Positions 12,867-25,200 of a DNA stretch of 64,000 nt are shown here, in pieces. Numbering within the stretch: position 1 is the first letter of the stretch; each line of letters opens with the position of its first letter. The DNA lies in assembly GCF_018977255.1 (NCBI RefSeq), contig NW_024704742.1:111726001-111790000 (forward strand). Direction: 5' to 3'. The DNA is from Callorhinchus milii. Its lineage: Eukaryota. The notes under the pieces are model-generated. The model was not told the origin of the DNA. It saw only the letters and a list, made by a program, of their open reading frames with translations, and did no database searches. The position numbers and the translations under genes were made by a program.

Positions 12867-15840
12867 CTAACTCTGATTACCTGCCCTATCCCCATATCCC
12901 CTAATCCCTCTATTTTTCAAGAATCTATCAGTCTCAGCCTTGAAAATGTTCAAGGACTGAGCATCTACAGCCTTCTGGGGTAGTGAATTCCATAATTCCA
13001 TCCTCTGAGTGAAGAAATGTTTCCTCAACTCTGTTCTAAGAGGCTGACCCTTAACTTTAAGACGGTGACCCCTGGTTATAGATTCTCCTACCAGGGGAAA
13101 CAGTCCCTCTGTGTCTACTTTATCCAGCCCTTTAAGAATCTTATAAGTTTCAATAAGATCCCCCTAATTCTTCTGTACTCTAGAGAATACAGCCCTAGTT
13201 TATTCAGCCTATCCTCATAGGTCAGTCCCCTCATCCCAGGAACTAACCGAGTGAATCTACGCTGCACCCCCTCTAGGGCAAGTATGTCCTTTTTTAAATA
13301 AGGAGACCAAAACTGCACACAATACTCTAGGTGCGGTCTCACCAAAGCCCTATACAGTTGCAGCAAGACTTCCCTACTCTTATATTCTAAACCTTTCGAA
13401 ATGAACGCTAACATGCCGTTCGCCTTCTTAGTTGCTGCTGCACCTGCAAACTAACTTTTTGGGACTGGTGTACAAGGACACCCAAATCCCTTTGAATACT
13501 AACACTATCTAACTTCTCCCCTTCCAGAAAATAATCTGTTCTTTTATTCTTGCTACCAAGGTGAATAATTTCACACTTGCTAACATTGAATTCCATCTGC
13601 CACCTACTTGCCCACTCCCCTAGCCTATCTATATCTTGTTGCAATCTTTTTGCATCATCCTGAGAGCTCACTCTGCTACCTAGTTTAGTATCATCCGCGA
13701 ATTTAGACACATTACATTCAATGTCCTCGTCCAGATCATTGATGTAAATGGTAAATAGCTGAGGCCCAAGCACTGATCCTTGTGGCACTCCACTAGTTAC
13801 ATCCTGCCAATTCGAGAATGATCCGTTTATCACTACTCTCTGCTTTCTACCCGATAGCCACTCTTCTATCCATGTTAATATTTTCCCATTAATCCCGTGG
13901 GCCTTGATCTTGAGTAACAGCCTTTTGTGTGGCACCTTGTCAAATGCCTTCCTAAAATCCAAATATACCACATCTACTGGTTCCCCCTTATCCAACCTGC
14001 TGGATACATCCTCAAAAAATTCTAAAAGGTTAGTCAAGCATGACTTCCCTTTTGTAAAGCCATGTTGACTCTGCCTAATCTTTTTATGGTCTTCCAGGTA
14101 TCCCATAACTACGTCTTTTATTAAGGACTCAAGAATTTTCCCTACAACTGACGTCAAACTAACTGGTCTATAGTTTTCCCTATTTTCTCTCCCACCCTTC
14201 TTAAATAGTGGAGTTACGTTTGCAATCTTCCAATCAATGGGAACTTTTCCAGTATCCACAGACTTTTGGAAGATTATAGACATGCCATCCACTATCTCAG
14301 TAGCCACCTCCTTTAAAACTCTCGGATGCAGGCCATCCGGTCCAGGGGATTTATCGGTTTTAAGACCCGACAATTTACCTAGAACCATCTCTTTACTAAT
14401 GTTAATCTCCCTAAGTTGCTCGCTAACATTGTCTTCTTGGTCCTCTATTTTTGGTATGTTTCCAGTGTCTTCTACGGTGAAGACTGTAGAAAAATACTTG
14501 TTTAATGACTCTGCCATGTCTTTGTCCCCTATTATAATTCCTCCGGTCTCTGCCTGTAATGGACCCACATTCACCCTCGCTAGCCTTTTCCTCTTTATAT
14601 ATTTGTAAAAACTCTTGGAGTCTGTTTTTATGTTCTTTGCTAGTTTGCCCTCGTAATCTATTTTCTCCCTCTTGATCAATTTTTTGGTCCTCCTCTGTTG
14701 TTCCCTAAAGTTCTCCCAATCCTCGGGTTTACTACTCATCTTCGCTGTTTTATAGGCTTTTTCTTTTGATTTGATACTTTCCCTAACTGCTCTAGTTAGC
14801 CATGGCTGCACCACCTTTCCCATGGCATTCTTATTCCTCAAAGGAATATGTGCTCGTTGGGAATTTTGCACTATCTCCTTGAATGTCTGCCATTGCTGGT
14901 CTACCGTCAAATCTTTAAGTTTAGTCTCCCAGTTTATTCTGGCTAAATCCTCTCTCATACCAGCAAAGTTGGCTCGATTTAAATTGAAGACTTTTGCTTC
15001 AGACTTAACTACTTCCCTCTCTAACTTAACGCTAAATTCCATCATATTATGATCGCTTTGCCCGAGAGGAGCCTTAAGTTCCAGTTTGCTGATCAGCCCT
15101 GTTTCATTACACAAAACAAGGTCTAATATGGCTTGTTCCCTGGTCGGCTCCTCAGCATATTGATCTAGAAAATTATCTCTAATACATTCTATAAACTCCT
15201 CTTCTATGTTACCTTTCCCAATTTGGTTGTCCCAGTCTATGTGCAGGTTAAAATCACCCACAATTAGTGTCTTTCCTTTGCTACATGCTCCACTAATCTC
15301 TTGATTTATACCTTGAGCGATACTTTGACCACTGTTTGGGGGTCTATAAACTACTCCCACTATAGTTTTCTGCCCCTTGAAGTTACGTATCTCTACCCAT
15401 ACTGACTCTACATCTTGCTTTTCAGATTTAAAATCTTTCCTCTCTACTGTTTTTATCCCATCCTTTATTAGCAGGGCCACTCCCCCTCCTCGTTTACCAC
15501 ATCGCCTATCTTTCCTATATACCACGTAGCCGGGAATATTCAGTTCCCATCCCTGATCACCCTGTAACCATGTCTCGGTGATGGCTACTAGATCATACCG
15601 GTTTGTCTCTATTTGTGCAACTAATTCATCTATCTTGTTACGAATGCTTCGTGCATTCAGATATAGCGCCCTTAATTCTGACTTCCGGCTATTAACCCTA
15701 TTCACCAGCACTCTATCACTGTACTTCCTTTCCCTGCTTGACACACTTTGCTCCTCTCCCTTGTTAATCTGCTCTCTTTCTATTGTTGATCTCAAGTTTA
15801 ACTGTGGTGGACTATACTTTATGTTTTTACCTCCCCCCCC
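12867..15840 (-). pseudogene. CR1 ORF2 (APE endonuclease + reverse transcriptase) with two 1-bp deletions near the C-terminus
   Basis: Endonuclease motifs YLNARS, ITETW, YRPP, GDFN, SDHN; RT motifs [25 protein letters not shown]. Frame shifts at ~13435 (expected QQATKKANGML) and ~13162 (expected RGDLIETYKIL). The restored frame ends at TAG 12867-12869. Confidence 0.9.
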
Positions 15841-16773
15841 TTAGTAGTTTAAAGCCCTTTCTACCTCCCTATTTATTTGCGTAGCCAGGACATTTGTCCC
15901 AGCCCTATTTAGTTGGAGCCCATTCCTTTGGAAAAGCTCCCATCTTCCCCAATACTCGTGCCAGTGGCCCATGAATTGGAATTCCTGCTCTCCGCACCAC
16001 TCTTTTAGCCAGGCATTCAGATCTATGATCTTCTTTTGCCTGTACCAATTAGCTCCTGGCTCAGGTAACAGTCCCAATATCATCACTTTGGAAGTTCTAT
16101 TCCTTAGTTTAATTCCCAATTCCCGGAACTCGCTCCTTAACTCGTCCCTACTGGTCCTACCAATGTCATTGGTCCCTATATGTACCATTACGATTGGATC
16201 CTCTCCCTCATGCCTCAAATTTATCTCCAGCCCGGCGGTGACATCCTTCACCCTGGCCCCAGGAAGACAACAGAGTCTTCTTGTCTCCCTGCTACGGCTA
16301 CAGAAAACTGTATCAGTCCTCCCGACTGTCCCATCCCCAATAAGAATTACATTTTTAACCTCCTGCACAGGGGTGTTGGGGTCAGTTTGCCGGTCTTCCT
16401 CGCAGATTTCCTTGTCCACACAAGTTGTCAATATTTCATACCTGTCAGACAAGGCTAAAGTCTGGGATTCTTCAGCCCCTCTCTTTCGGGAACGCTTACC
16501 TGCCCGCCTGACAGTCACCCAGTCATGTCCGTTGCTGCTACATTCTTCTTCCTTGGGACTCAGGGGAGTGTCCAGCTCCAGGATAAAACTGTCCAGGAAG
16601 TTTCCTCCATCCCTAATGCTGCGCAGTGTCGCCACCCGAGACTCCAGCTCAGCTACTCTCAGCTGGAGCTCTCTGATTTCCAGACACTTGCGGCAGACGA
16701 AGTCGCCCGGACTTAAGGCGCCCTCCATTGACTCCCACATGTGACAGACCTCGCAGTTTACCTGCCACACCAT
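15841..16773 (-). CDS. CR1 ORF1 protein (CxxC zinc-finger-like region, coiled coil, SGNH/GDSL esterase-like domain), ~310 aa
   Basis: CEVC...CRKC, heptad repeat LQLRVAELESRVATL, then motifs VILIGDG, CCLPGARV, VHIGTNDIG, NAWLKEWC, GLQLNRAG. First ATG is at 16773; the ORF track starts at an upstream GTG. Confidence 0.9.
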   Translation of the reverse strand: MVWQVNCEVCHMWESMEGALSPGDFVCRKCLEIRELQLRVAELESRVATLRSIRDGGNFLDSFILELDTPLSPKEEECSSNGHDWVTVRRAGKRSRKRGAEESQTLALSDRYEILTTCVDKEICEEDRQTDPNTPVQEVKNVILIGDGTVGRTDTVFCSRSRETRRLCCLPGARVKDVTAGLEINLRHEGEDPIVMVHIGTNDIGRTSRDELRSEFRELGIKLRNRTSKVMILGLLPEPGANWYRQKKIIDLNAWLKEWCGEQEFQFMGHWHEYWGRWELFQRNGLQLNRAGTNVLATQINREVERALNY

Positions 16774-17767
16774 CTTCACAAACTTTATATTGATACAAAG
16801 ATATATAGCCTGCCCCCACTTCCCCCTCTGCACCTAATTCCCACTCTCACCAAATTCCCTCACACTCTGGCCTCGCCTCACTCCGGACGTAGCTCACTCT
16901 GGGCTCTCGGCTCGACTTTATCTGATAAAGTCCGAGGTACCAGTTCCACACTGAACAAAAACTCCAAAAAAGCCATTATTCCATGGATTGGCAATCGTTG
17001 GTTACAATCTGTGAGCTGGATGCCCAACACAGCAGAATCAGCTTCTCAAACTTCAACACAAAGAAGAGTATTGGGGGAGCAAACTCTGACCCATTGACCC
17101 ATTTGATATACTAAATATTTTGAGCCCATTATTTCTTAATGCATTTCCTGAGAAAGGTGACTTTACTTGCCTGATTTTCATGGCATGAAGCACAGAAGAA
17201 TCGTAATATTTCTTAGTCATTTCTCTTTCCTCTGTGTGGACCTACTGTTTAGACTGAGTCTAGTTAGGTCACAGACACACAATCAATTAAGGGAAGGAAA
17301 ATTTGAGCCACAATATTGTAGTGCTGCACAGCTTCCTAGCGACTGAACCCTGAAAAATAATCATCTACTTGAGCTCGAGTTTTGGGGTAGGAGCAAATAA
17401 ATGTACAAAATGCTAGAAACAAATTACCCATCAGTGTACTCTAAAGTTGTCAGTGTAAATTATGCTAGGGTCTTAAATATCCATCAAATTATTTTGGTTG
17501 TCAGTGAGACCAAACTTTGTGCAAGATTTCGAGGGAAAATTTAGGACACTCAAAGGTCGGGCTTTACTTTATAATTCAATCAACACTCCAAGATGTTTGA
17601 CATGCTAATAAACATTCATCCTATTGCACTATAGTTTTCTTTTCAGTCTGGCCCAATTTAGTGAAAACTAAAGCAAATGTGTTACAAGCATGTTATTTTT
17701 CAGACAGCTGTTGAAGCTCGCTGACTTGTGTTACAATGAATATTGGGCATAATCTTGGCCACATCTA

Positions 17768-17945
17768 CTACAACAACAACAAAATTACATTTGTATAGCG
17801 CCTTTCACGTCGGGAGGACGTTCCAAGGCGCTGGACAAACAGAGTTTCGGACCCGAGCTGGGGGTCGGGGTCAGGGAGGGTGGAGGCCGGGGTGGGGGGA
17901 AGCAGGGAGATTGAAAGCACGGTCGAAGAGGAGGCTTTTGAGGGG
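17768..17945 (-). mobile_element. L2 3' UTR/tail fragment
   Basis: caacaacaacaaaattacatttgtatagcgcctttcacgtcgggaggacg. Confidence 0.85.
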
Positions 17946-18911
17946 GTGTCTATCATTGTTTTGGTGAATACTTCGGAACCTGTTTCTGTTTCTTCTGTGT
18001 GGATATTAATAGCTTAAGTAATTTTAGTAGTATTAAAAAGACTGGTGATATTTAGGCCAGAGATACGACCACCACTTTTTTTTGGCCAGCCGGGTGTCTG
18101 ACACATATGGAAATCCAACTCATCATCGTGCTTAAGAGTAACCAAACCAAACTGAGAGTTCCATGCTTGCTGCCTACACATGGGACTTCTTGTGTTTGGC
18201 ATGCATCATGCTTACTTAATTCTGGAGAGTATTAGGCACAGGTTGGCAAGAGCAAAAGCTTGGAGACCCTAGTGTGTGTGTTGGGGTACTGCTGGAGTCT
18301 AACTAACTAAAATTGCACCACTATCGCTATGAACAAGTCAGAAATATTTTTCTTCAAATTTTAATCAAATTCCCTTTTAAATGCTGGACAATCATTTAAA
18401 GTCACATTCTATATTCTTACAGCTCTGTGTAAAAAATGTCTTCTGACCAAACAACTATTTTCTTCTGGTGCTAATTTTCTGTCCCCACCAGCTGTCAAAA
18501 CTGTTCATAATCAAACTGTTCAAAACTGTTCAAAAACTCTATTAAAATGGTTCTTAATTTTGAAAACTTCTATTAGATCTCTTTCCTTCTCAACAAAATC
18601 CCTGACTTTTTAAGATTACTCACTTTGGTCATCACTGGTATTAATTTTCCACTGTACCCTCTCCATGGGTTAATTTAAATATCTCTATCATGTCATCCCT
18701 TAACCTTAACCTTCTCTAAGGAATGTAACACTTGTCTGCCTACGCTCGTCATAGATAAACCATAGGGCAATAATCTACGCAGTCTTAGTCTGTAAACTCA
18801 TTTTCTCTTAAAATTTGAGGTGGCACAAAATTGGGGAAAATTCTTAAACGCACCTTTATTTGAGTTCAGAAATTGGCTTCCAAATTAAGCCAGAATTTAA
18901 GGCTTTTCCAT

Positions 18912-19032
18912 ACATAGAATCATAGAATTATACAGCACAGAAGGAGGCCATTCAGCCCATCGTGCCCATGTCGGCTCTTTGAAAGAGCTGTCCAAATTAA
19001 TCCCACTTCCCTGCTCTCTTCCCATAGCCTTG
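18912..19032 (-). mobile_element. CR1-type 3' tail
   Basis: catagaatcatagaattatacagcacagaaggaggccattcagccc. Confidence 0.75.
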
Positions 19033-20213
19033 CACATGTGCACGATGACTGGATGGGAATTTGGACCTGTTGTTTTCAATTGCGCACTTCAATTGCACAA
19101 TGGCTAGAGGAAATTGTTAGGCGATGGAAGAAATGAACACAGGAGGGGCATCGTGCTCAGCTGTTCAGCCTTGTAGCACCCATCCTCCCATGATGCTGGT
19201 GTGATTTATGATGTACATTCAGCCCCACTAAAAGCTTTGTACTGGTGGAGTGCAGCCACACAGCTGGGATTGTGTTACTTTTTCAAAGCCACAAGTAGGG
19301 TGTAAGGTAATCTGGCACCATGAAACCCTTCAGATGTCTTCCTTCTGAACCAGGTTTGTGGGTGTGCTCTGCCAACAACTAAAGATGTGGGCTTCACAGT
19401 GAGATTTTTATCTTAACAGGTGGGAAATGCAAGAAGCAGCAACAAGACCATCTTGGTGGAGACAAAGTGAAGTACTTAAAATAAACTTGGTGCTCAGACA
19501 AGGACAGGATAACCTTGCAGAGATGATTATCTGTTTTGCTGCCATTTCGCAATACAATCTTGTCTGCAACCGTCCCTTCCTTTCAGCTCTTCCTGCAGCT
19601 TTAGACTGAGGGTCAAATCATCCAAAAGCACAGATGCAGGATAAAAAGATTAGTTTTGTTCTATTAAAATGGATATTGGCCATTATTTTGGGCCTGTGTA
19701 CACTTACATCACTGCTGCTGAAATCAATCTGTCTCAGTATATTTTATCACATTGCCAGCCTTATAACAAAGTACAATGCAACATCTTCCAAAATTCAAGT
19801 TAAATGCTCCAACATAACATAAGAAAGAATGAATAAAGACCACCCAGTGCATCAGACCTATTGCTTCCACAAATTATGCACAATCTGCTGTCATAAATTC
19901 ATTCTCACCTAATTAAAATAGTGGAAGAAAGTTCTATGTGCACACACCGTCAACACTCAATGCTAGTTAAATTCTAGAATATCTACCCTTACCCGCAATG
20001 CACTGCAGCACCCAGGTCACCACAAACAACATTCCTACCCTCAACTTCAGGAGTTCAGGAACTCTAGATGGTCTCTCACTTCCACAATAATAGATATTTT
20101 CTTGGATTGATTTGAATTGAAACACTATTATATGATGATTCTCATCTAGTTGGGTTATAAGCAAGGTAACATTCTGAGATTTTGTTGTTGGTTGGACTAT
20201 AAATGATTTAATG

Positions 20214-20597
20214 AATAATAATAATAATTCTTGCATTTTGATAGCACCATATCACGTCTTCAACATGTCTCAAAGCTCTTCACAGAATATACTGTAAAGT
20301 CAATTGCCCATGTAATTTTTGGGTGAAACGTGGCAGCCAATTGCGCACAGCAGCGTCCCACAAACAGTCATGGATTGAGTGACCAAATGTTTTTTTTAAT
20401 TTTATTTTTTTGAAGGGATTATTCTCCCGGAAAAACAATCCGCCAATCAACTAACAACTAGGTTCCTACTTACTGCTAGGTAAATATAGACGTGTGCAGT
20501 TAGCAAACTTACCTAACATTTTGCCCTGCCCAGGAATCGAATCCAGGTCCTTTCGCTTGTGAGACGAGTGCTCTAACCAATACGCTACAGGACTCCA
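20214..20597 (-). mobile_element. tRNA-Ala-derived SINE, long subfamily
   Basis: Contains the ggttcctacttactgctaggtaaata block; the head ends ctacaggactcca. Confidence 0.9.
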
Positions 20598-20619
20598 TGA
20601 TAGAATCAATACTTAAAAG

Positions 20620-20852
20620 AGGAAATTTCACCTAGTCCTAGCCTTTAGCTCATTTTATCTTAAAATTTAAGATGAAACAGAAGAAAATCTTATTTTGGAA
20701 GCTGGTTGTCTAAGGATATTAAAAATAAATGGCTTCCAAATTAAGACTGAAGTTAGGAATTTTCCATAGTGCTGCACAATCTTGCCATTTCGTCTTATAA
20801 GTTAAAGTATGAGACAAAATGGTCTTATAGTCTAAAACAAGGTGGAATTTCA
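20620..20852. mobile_element. Degenerate MITE with ~40-bp imperfect TIRs
   Basis: gaaatttcacct at the left end versus aggtggaatttc at the right; related fragments at ~550-620 and ~18780-18912. Confidence 0.6.
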
Positions 20853-22328
20853 AACCAAGTCTTTTAAGCTCTCATTCAATCTGAGGGACTCTTTCTAACT
20901 GCCATTATTGACTGCTTGCACCACATTTTGAAAACATTTTGATAGTCTCTTTAATTATCTGAGATATCCAAATAATCAAGCAGAAAAAGTGAGACTGAAA
21001 TTAAATTTCAAAGTCTACTCTAGAGCCAGAAGGGAACACAAAAGACGAAGTGCTCAGTTTCACTTCTTGTTTCAAGAAGTGCTGCAGAGACAGGCTGGTA
21101 GTGTTGAAGCTGACTTCACAAGCCTGCGGTCACAATTTGAGTTCCAGGCATACTTTGTGACACATTTCATCCGGTCTCAGATGTGCCATTAGCTGCAACA
21201 CCTCGTGGTAGAAGACTCTGTTTTCTTTCAGCTAAAGGAAAATCTGGCAAAGATCACCCCACTGGGCAGCAAGCACCCTTTCTGTTGACTGAGCAGGCAA
21301 GGCACATTGGTATGAAAGTCAGCGTCGACGCCACAATTTACTTATGCGTCTGCTCTAATTAAAGAAGGTTCCACCGTGGAGGTGAAAGGCCCCATGAGGT
21401 GAATAAACTGTGAGAGGGAAAAATCAGGAGGAGAAATATGTCAATTAAGAAAGAAATATGGAAAAATCCATCTATATGCAATATTATTACAAAACAATTC
21501 TTAACATTGTTGTGATTCTATGCAGACTGTTGCTTGGTCCACATTTGCCCCACGTTTAGTAAATTGTTTAATCACAATCATTTTGTTGTATACACATCTG
21601 CAACATTTGTAACATTCTCAGTAAACATTACAGTTACAGATGCTTTGGGCATTTATCACAAACTCACTGATATTGCTAGACTGATAACTCAGGTATGTAT
21701 TATCTTATTGAATGGATGAAAGTATTACAGATCTCTGCCATTAATTCAGAGAGAGATTCTCTGCAACTCTTTGGGGATTATGCAATGATCTGGTCTCTGC
21801 TCTTAGCCCATTGTAGATCAATGAATGACTGTTGGAATTCTGAATGATCACATTATATAGTTAAATAGCTACATTAACTTTCACAGGCTCTCATATCCCC
21901 AAACAATAGCACCAACTCCTATGAGGCCTCTGTGTTATTCTGTCCTAATACATTGGGATTTGTGGTATTGTGGTAAATATAGTGGCCAAAAAGATGGTAG
22001 GATAAGGGAGTATTATCAGGTCTAATGTAATACCATTGGGTTTGGATTGTGCCAAACTGAATCATTTTCCTGTCAGTAACCATATGTAATTGTACTTCCA
22101 AGATTCTGTAACAGCCCAAACTTTATTTCAATTGTGAATTCAAGCTGTTGTATCTCTTATGATTGTCTTATGTTGACTGTGATCTTATGGAACAATGACA
22201 TACTGTCCATGGCTCTACAATGTTCTAAAGGATTTTAGAATTAAATGCTGTAAGCACAGTTTCAATACTGTAGGTTGCAATGAAAATTGATACGCTGTAA
22301 TGTGTGTAAAATAAAAAGGTGGCGCTGT

Positions 22329-22717
22329 TAATAATAATAATAATAATAATCCTTGTATTTGATATAATGCCTTATCACGCCTTCAAGACATCTCAAATCA
22401 CTTCACATAATATTCCATAAAGTGGAGTTACTGTATATTTTGTAGGTGAAATGCGTCAGCCAATTATACACAGCAGTGTCCCATAAACAGTGATGGATTG
22501 AGTGACCACATTATTAGTATTTTTGTATTATATTATATTTTTGAAGGGATTATTACCCCCGGAAAGCTATCCGCCTATCGATTAACAATCGGGTTCCTAC
22601 TTACTGCTATGTAAACAGCCATGTGTGAAGTAAGGAACCTTGCCCAAAGTTTCACCACACCCGGGAATCGAACCCGGGTCCTCTTGCGAGGTTTGTGCTC
22701 TAACCTCTATGCTATAG
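22329..22717 (-). mobile_element. tRNA-derived SINE, long subfamily
   Basis: (AAT)n tail, internal block, cccgggaatcgaacccggg B-box arm. Confidence 0.85.
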
Positions 22718-23721
22718 GGTTAGTGTACGTGCAGCAAACAAAAGTATAGGAAATGTCATTTTACTGCATGGTGAAACTTTAGCCTCAACTCCTATATCAT
22801 AACATATGATTAGTCAGCCCTCGATGAGCAATTTCTCTGTTAGGGTGGATATAACCCACTTAAAGTTTTGGCATTTTGACTCATTGATGTAGGGGATATC
22901 ATCAGCTGCAGCAGCAGTATCTAATGCCCATGTCTGGTTGCCCTGACAATGTGGTAATGCTTGATGCTCCCATGATGGTACAGTAAACTCCTAGGGATTT
23001 ACTGGGATTTACAGGGATCCGGAATTGGGACCAAACCAGACAGGACCTAAAACAGAATTTGCGCTGTCCTGTGCTGGTGTAGATACCACTGGCCTCACTC
23101 TCCTGTCACATGCCCCCACCTCACCGTGCTTGCTGGCCTTCAGTGGCCAGAGATATCCACTTTGATTCAGTTTGAATCCTATGCGCAGAAGACAGCTTAT
23201 TCACTTTCTTCCGCTTGCAGGATTCAAACCATTATATTGCCGCTACCAGCAATTACTGCCATTTTGCATCACGGAAAAAAACCAGCGCCGAAAAATGACA
23301 GTAAATTCCAGTACCAGCATTGTAATTATACTTAACCAGAAATTGCGGCTTGCTGATTATCCCCCTCATTGGTCCGACTTCCCCTCATTGGTCCGACTAT
23401 GGGAATGGAGTTTTAGGATTTTGATCCATCGGTGACGGAGGTGCAGCCCTATATGTCCATATCAGATTATCCCTGTTGAATTGGACTGCAACCACCACTA
23501 CAATGATGGAGCTAACAGATAAGGATATTTGCTGGGACAATGACCTCTTCTCCTGGGAGAAATCCAATTGGTTTGGATGAAGAAGGCCCTTCGGCTCATC
23601 TGATCTCATTCCTACAGTCACTTCTTCCATCCCCCAACTTAGTGCTCCACCACTAGGATGCTACTCTGCATGAGGAGCGCTATATAGATGCAAGTTGTTG
23701 TTGTTAATCCTATTATAAATA

Positions 23722-24155
23722 TATAATAATAAACCTTGTATTAGATATACCGCCTTATTACATTGTCGATATGTTTCAAACTTCACAGAATATACTAAAG
23801 TGGATTGACTGTGTATTTTTGGGCAAAATGCGGCAGCCAGTTGCCCACAGCAATGTCTCACAAACAGCCATGGAGTGAGTGACCAATTTTATTTGGGAGA
23901 TAGTTGGCCAGAACACCAGGAGAAATGCCCTTCTTTTTCGAAAAGTGCCAAAGGATCTTTAACATCCACTTGAACAAGTAGACGGGGCCTCAGTTTAACA
24001 TCTCATCCAAAGGCCTGCACCTCTGACAATGCAACACCCCTCCAGCACTGCATTGGAGTGTCACCTTAGACTGTTTGATTCCAAGTCCCTACGTGGGGCT
24101 TGAACAACCTTCTGACTCAGAGACGTGAGTGCTATCACTGAGCCTCTGATACACT
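23722..24155 (-). mobile_element. Old Deu-domain SINE (SacSINE1/AmnSINE1-like), near full length
   Basis: Head ggctcagtgatagcactc...tctgagtcagaaggttgttcaagcccc; Deu-like core tttggatgagatgttaaactgaggcccc; L2-like tail. Confidence 0.8.
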
Positions 24156-24902
24156 GGTCTAATTAGAACATACTCCACCATGACACCATCAAGTTGTTTT
24201 TTTAAATGAGTCCAGCATCCTGGTCTCAACCACACTTCCTGGCAACCTGTTCGAACTCATTCATGTCTGTTCTTTCATTTTCAATATAAACTGAATTTTC
24301 AATATTGCATCGAGAGACTCGTGACATCAAATCTAAAAGCAAATATGTTAGGCCAAAAAACAAGTCAAGAAAATTGGTTGACAAGCTGCCAGCGTACAGC
24401 ATTATGGTAAGGGGAAACTTACTTTAGTCTGATAAACTACATTAATGTTTTAATTGTGGTGAATCTATACATGTATTGGACTATAAATGTACATTTATGC
24501 AGAAATAAATGTCAATTATACCATCTTATTTGATAGTACAAGTGTATGCATTAAGTAGTTGGCAACACAATCTTATTTTGTCATGTTTTATTGTACAGTT
24601 TTAAATTAGCTAAGTTTTTCTTAAATTATGTGTCTCAAAGAATTTGTTGAAAAAAATGAGCTTGGGCTCTCATTTTTCCAGCTCGATTTTAAGTTTTTAT
24701 TTAAAATGGCTTCAAGCAAAGACAACAATATTCACATTGTGCTTTCTTATGAAAAGACTAAATTCTCCTCTTAAATAGGGCACCCGGGTTCCCAATCAAA
24801 CCTCAGAGCAAAACCTGCATTCAGCATGGGGAATTACACACTAATGATGCATGGACTCATTTAAATATTCCTCATACATTCATCTGCTGGCTGGAGTCCA
24901 AA

Positions 24903-25200
24903 ATGGTGGTAGAGCAGAGCAGAGCTAGACAGCACAAAGGCTGTCTTCATGAGGCAGAAGTTGACCTTACAGAGGAAGTGCTCAGGAACAAAGTGAAACT
25001 GTTTGGCATTGCCAGCAAGGGTTCCATCTCAACGGTGCTTAGCAAGACCTGGGAGAAGACTTGTGCCAAGATCAATGTAATTCCCAAATCGAGAGGACAG
25101 GGGATGAGTGCACTTTAATGATGTCAGTCGGCATGCAAAGAAGAAAACACACTTGCTAAATGAAAGGCCATTCACAAAACGAGAGTGGACCACCTTCACT
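24903..25200 (+). pseudogene. Decayed Myb/SANT-like (trihelix) DNA-binding ORF of Harbinger type
   Basis: EAEVDLTEEVLRNKVKLFG...KTWEKTCAKIN, then after frameshifts RTGDEC, FNDVSRHAKKK and SGPP; NAIF1/MSANTD-like pattern. Confidence 0.7.

Larger units (their letters stand above)
12771..16918 (-). mobile_element. Full-length CR1-clade LINE (ORF1 + ORF2 + 3' UTR with (TTCTTATG)n tail)
   Basis: Two long minus-strand ORFs (SGNH-type ORF1; APE endonuclease plus RT with QGSVLGP and FADD). Terminal 8-bp repeat reads aagaacataagaacataagaa at 12771. Possible 5-bp TSD TATCT at 12766-12770 and 16919-16923. Confidence 0.95.

Noticed and set aside
15971..16744. 257-aa plus-strand ORF (also 14237, 14771 and 51307)
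   Set aside because: Antisense or alternate-frame shadows of LINE coding sequence.
21232..21309. Possible plus-strand exon (ttttctttcAG...G|GTATGA)
   Set aside because: Short pyrimidine tract and an unrecognised peptide; indistinguishable from chance.
23362..23398. 18-bp tandem duplication cccctcattggtccgact
   Set aside because: An ordinary slippage duplication with two units and no spacer; not CRISPR-like.
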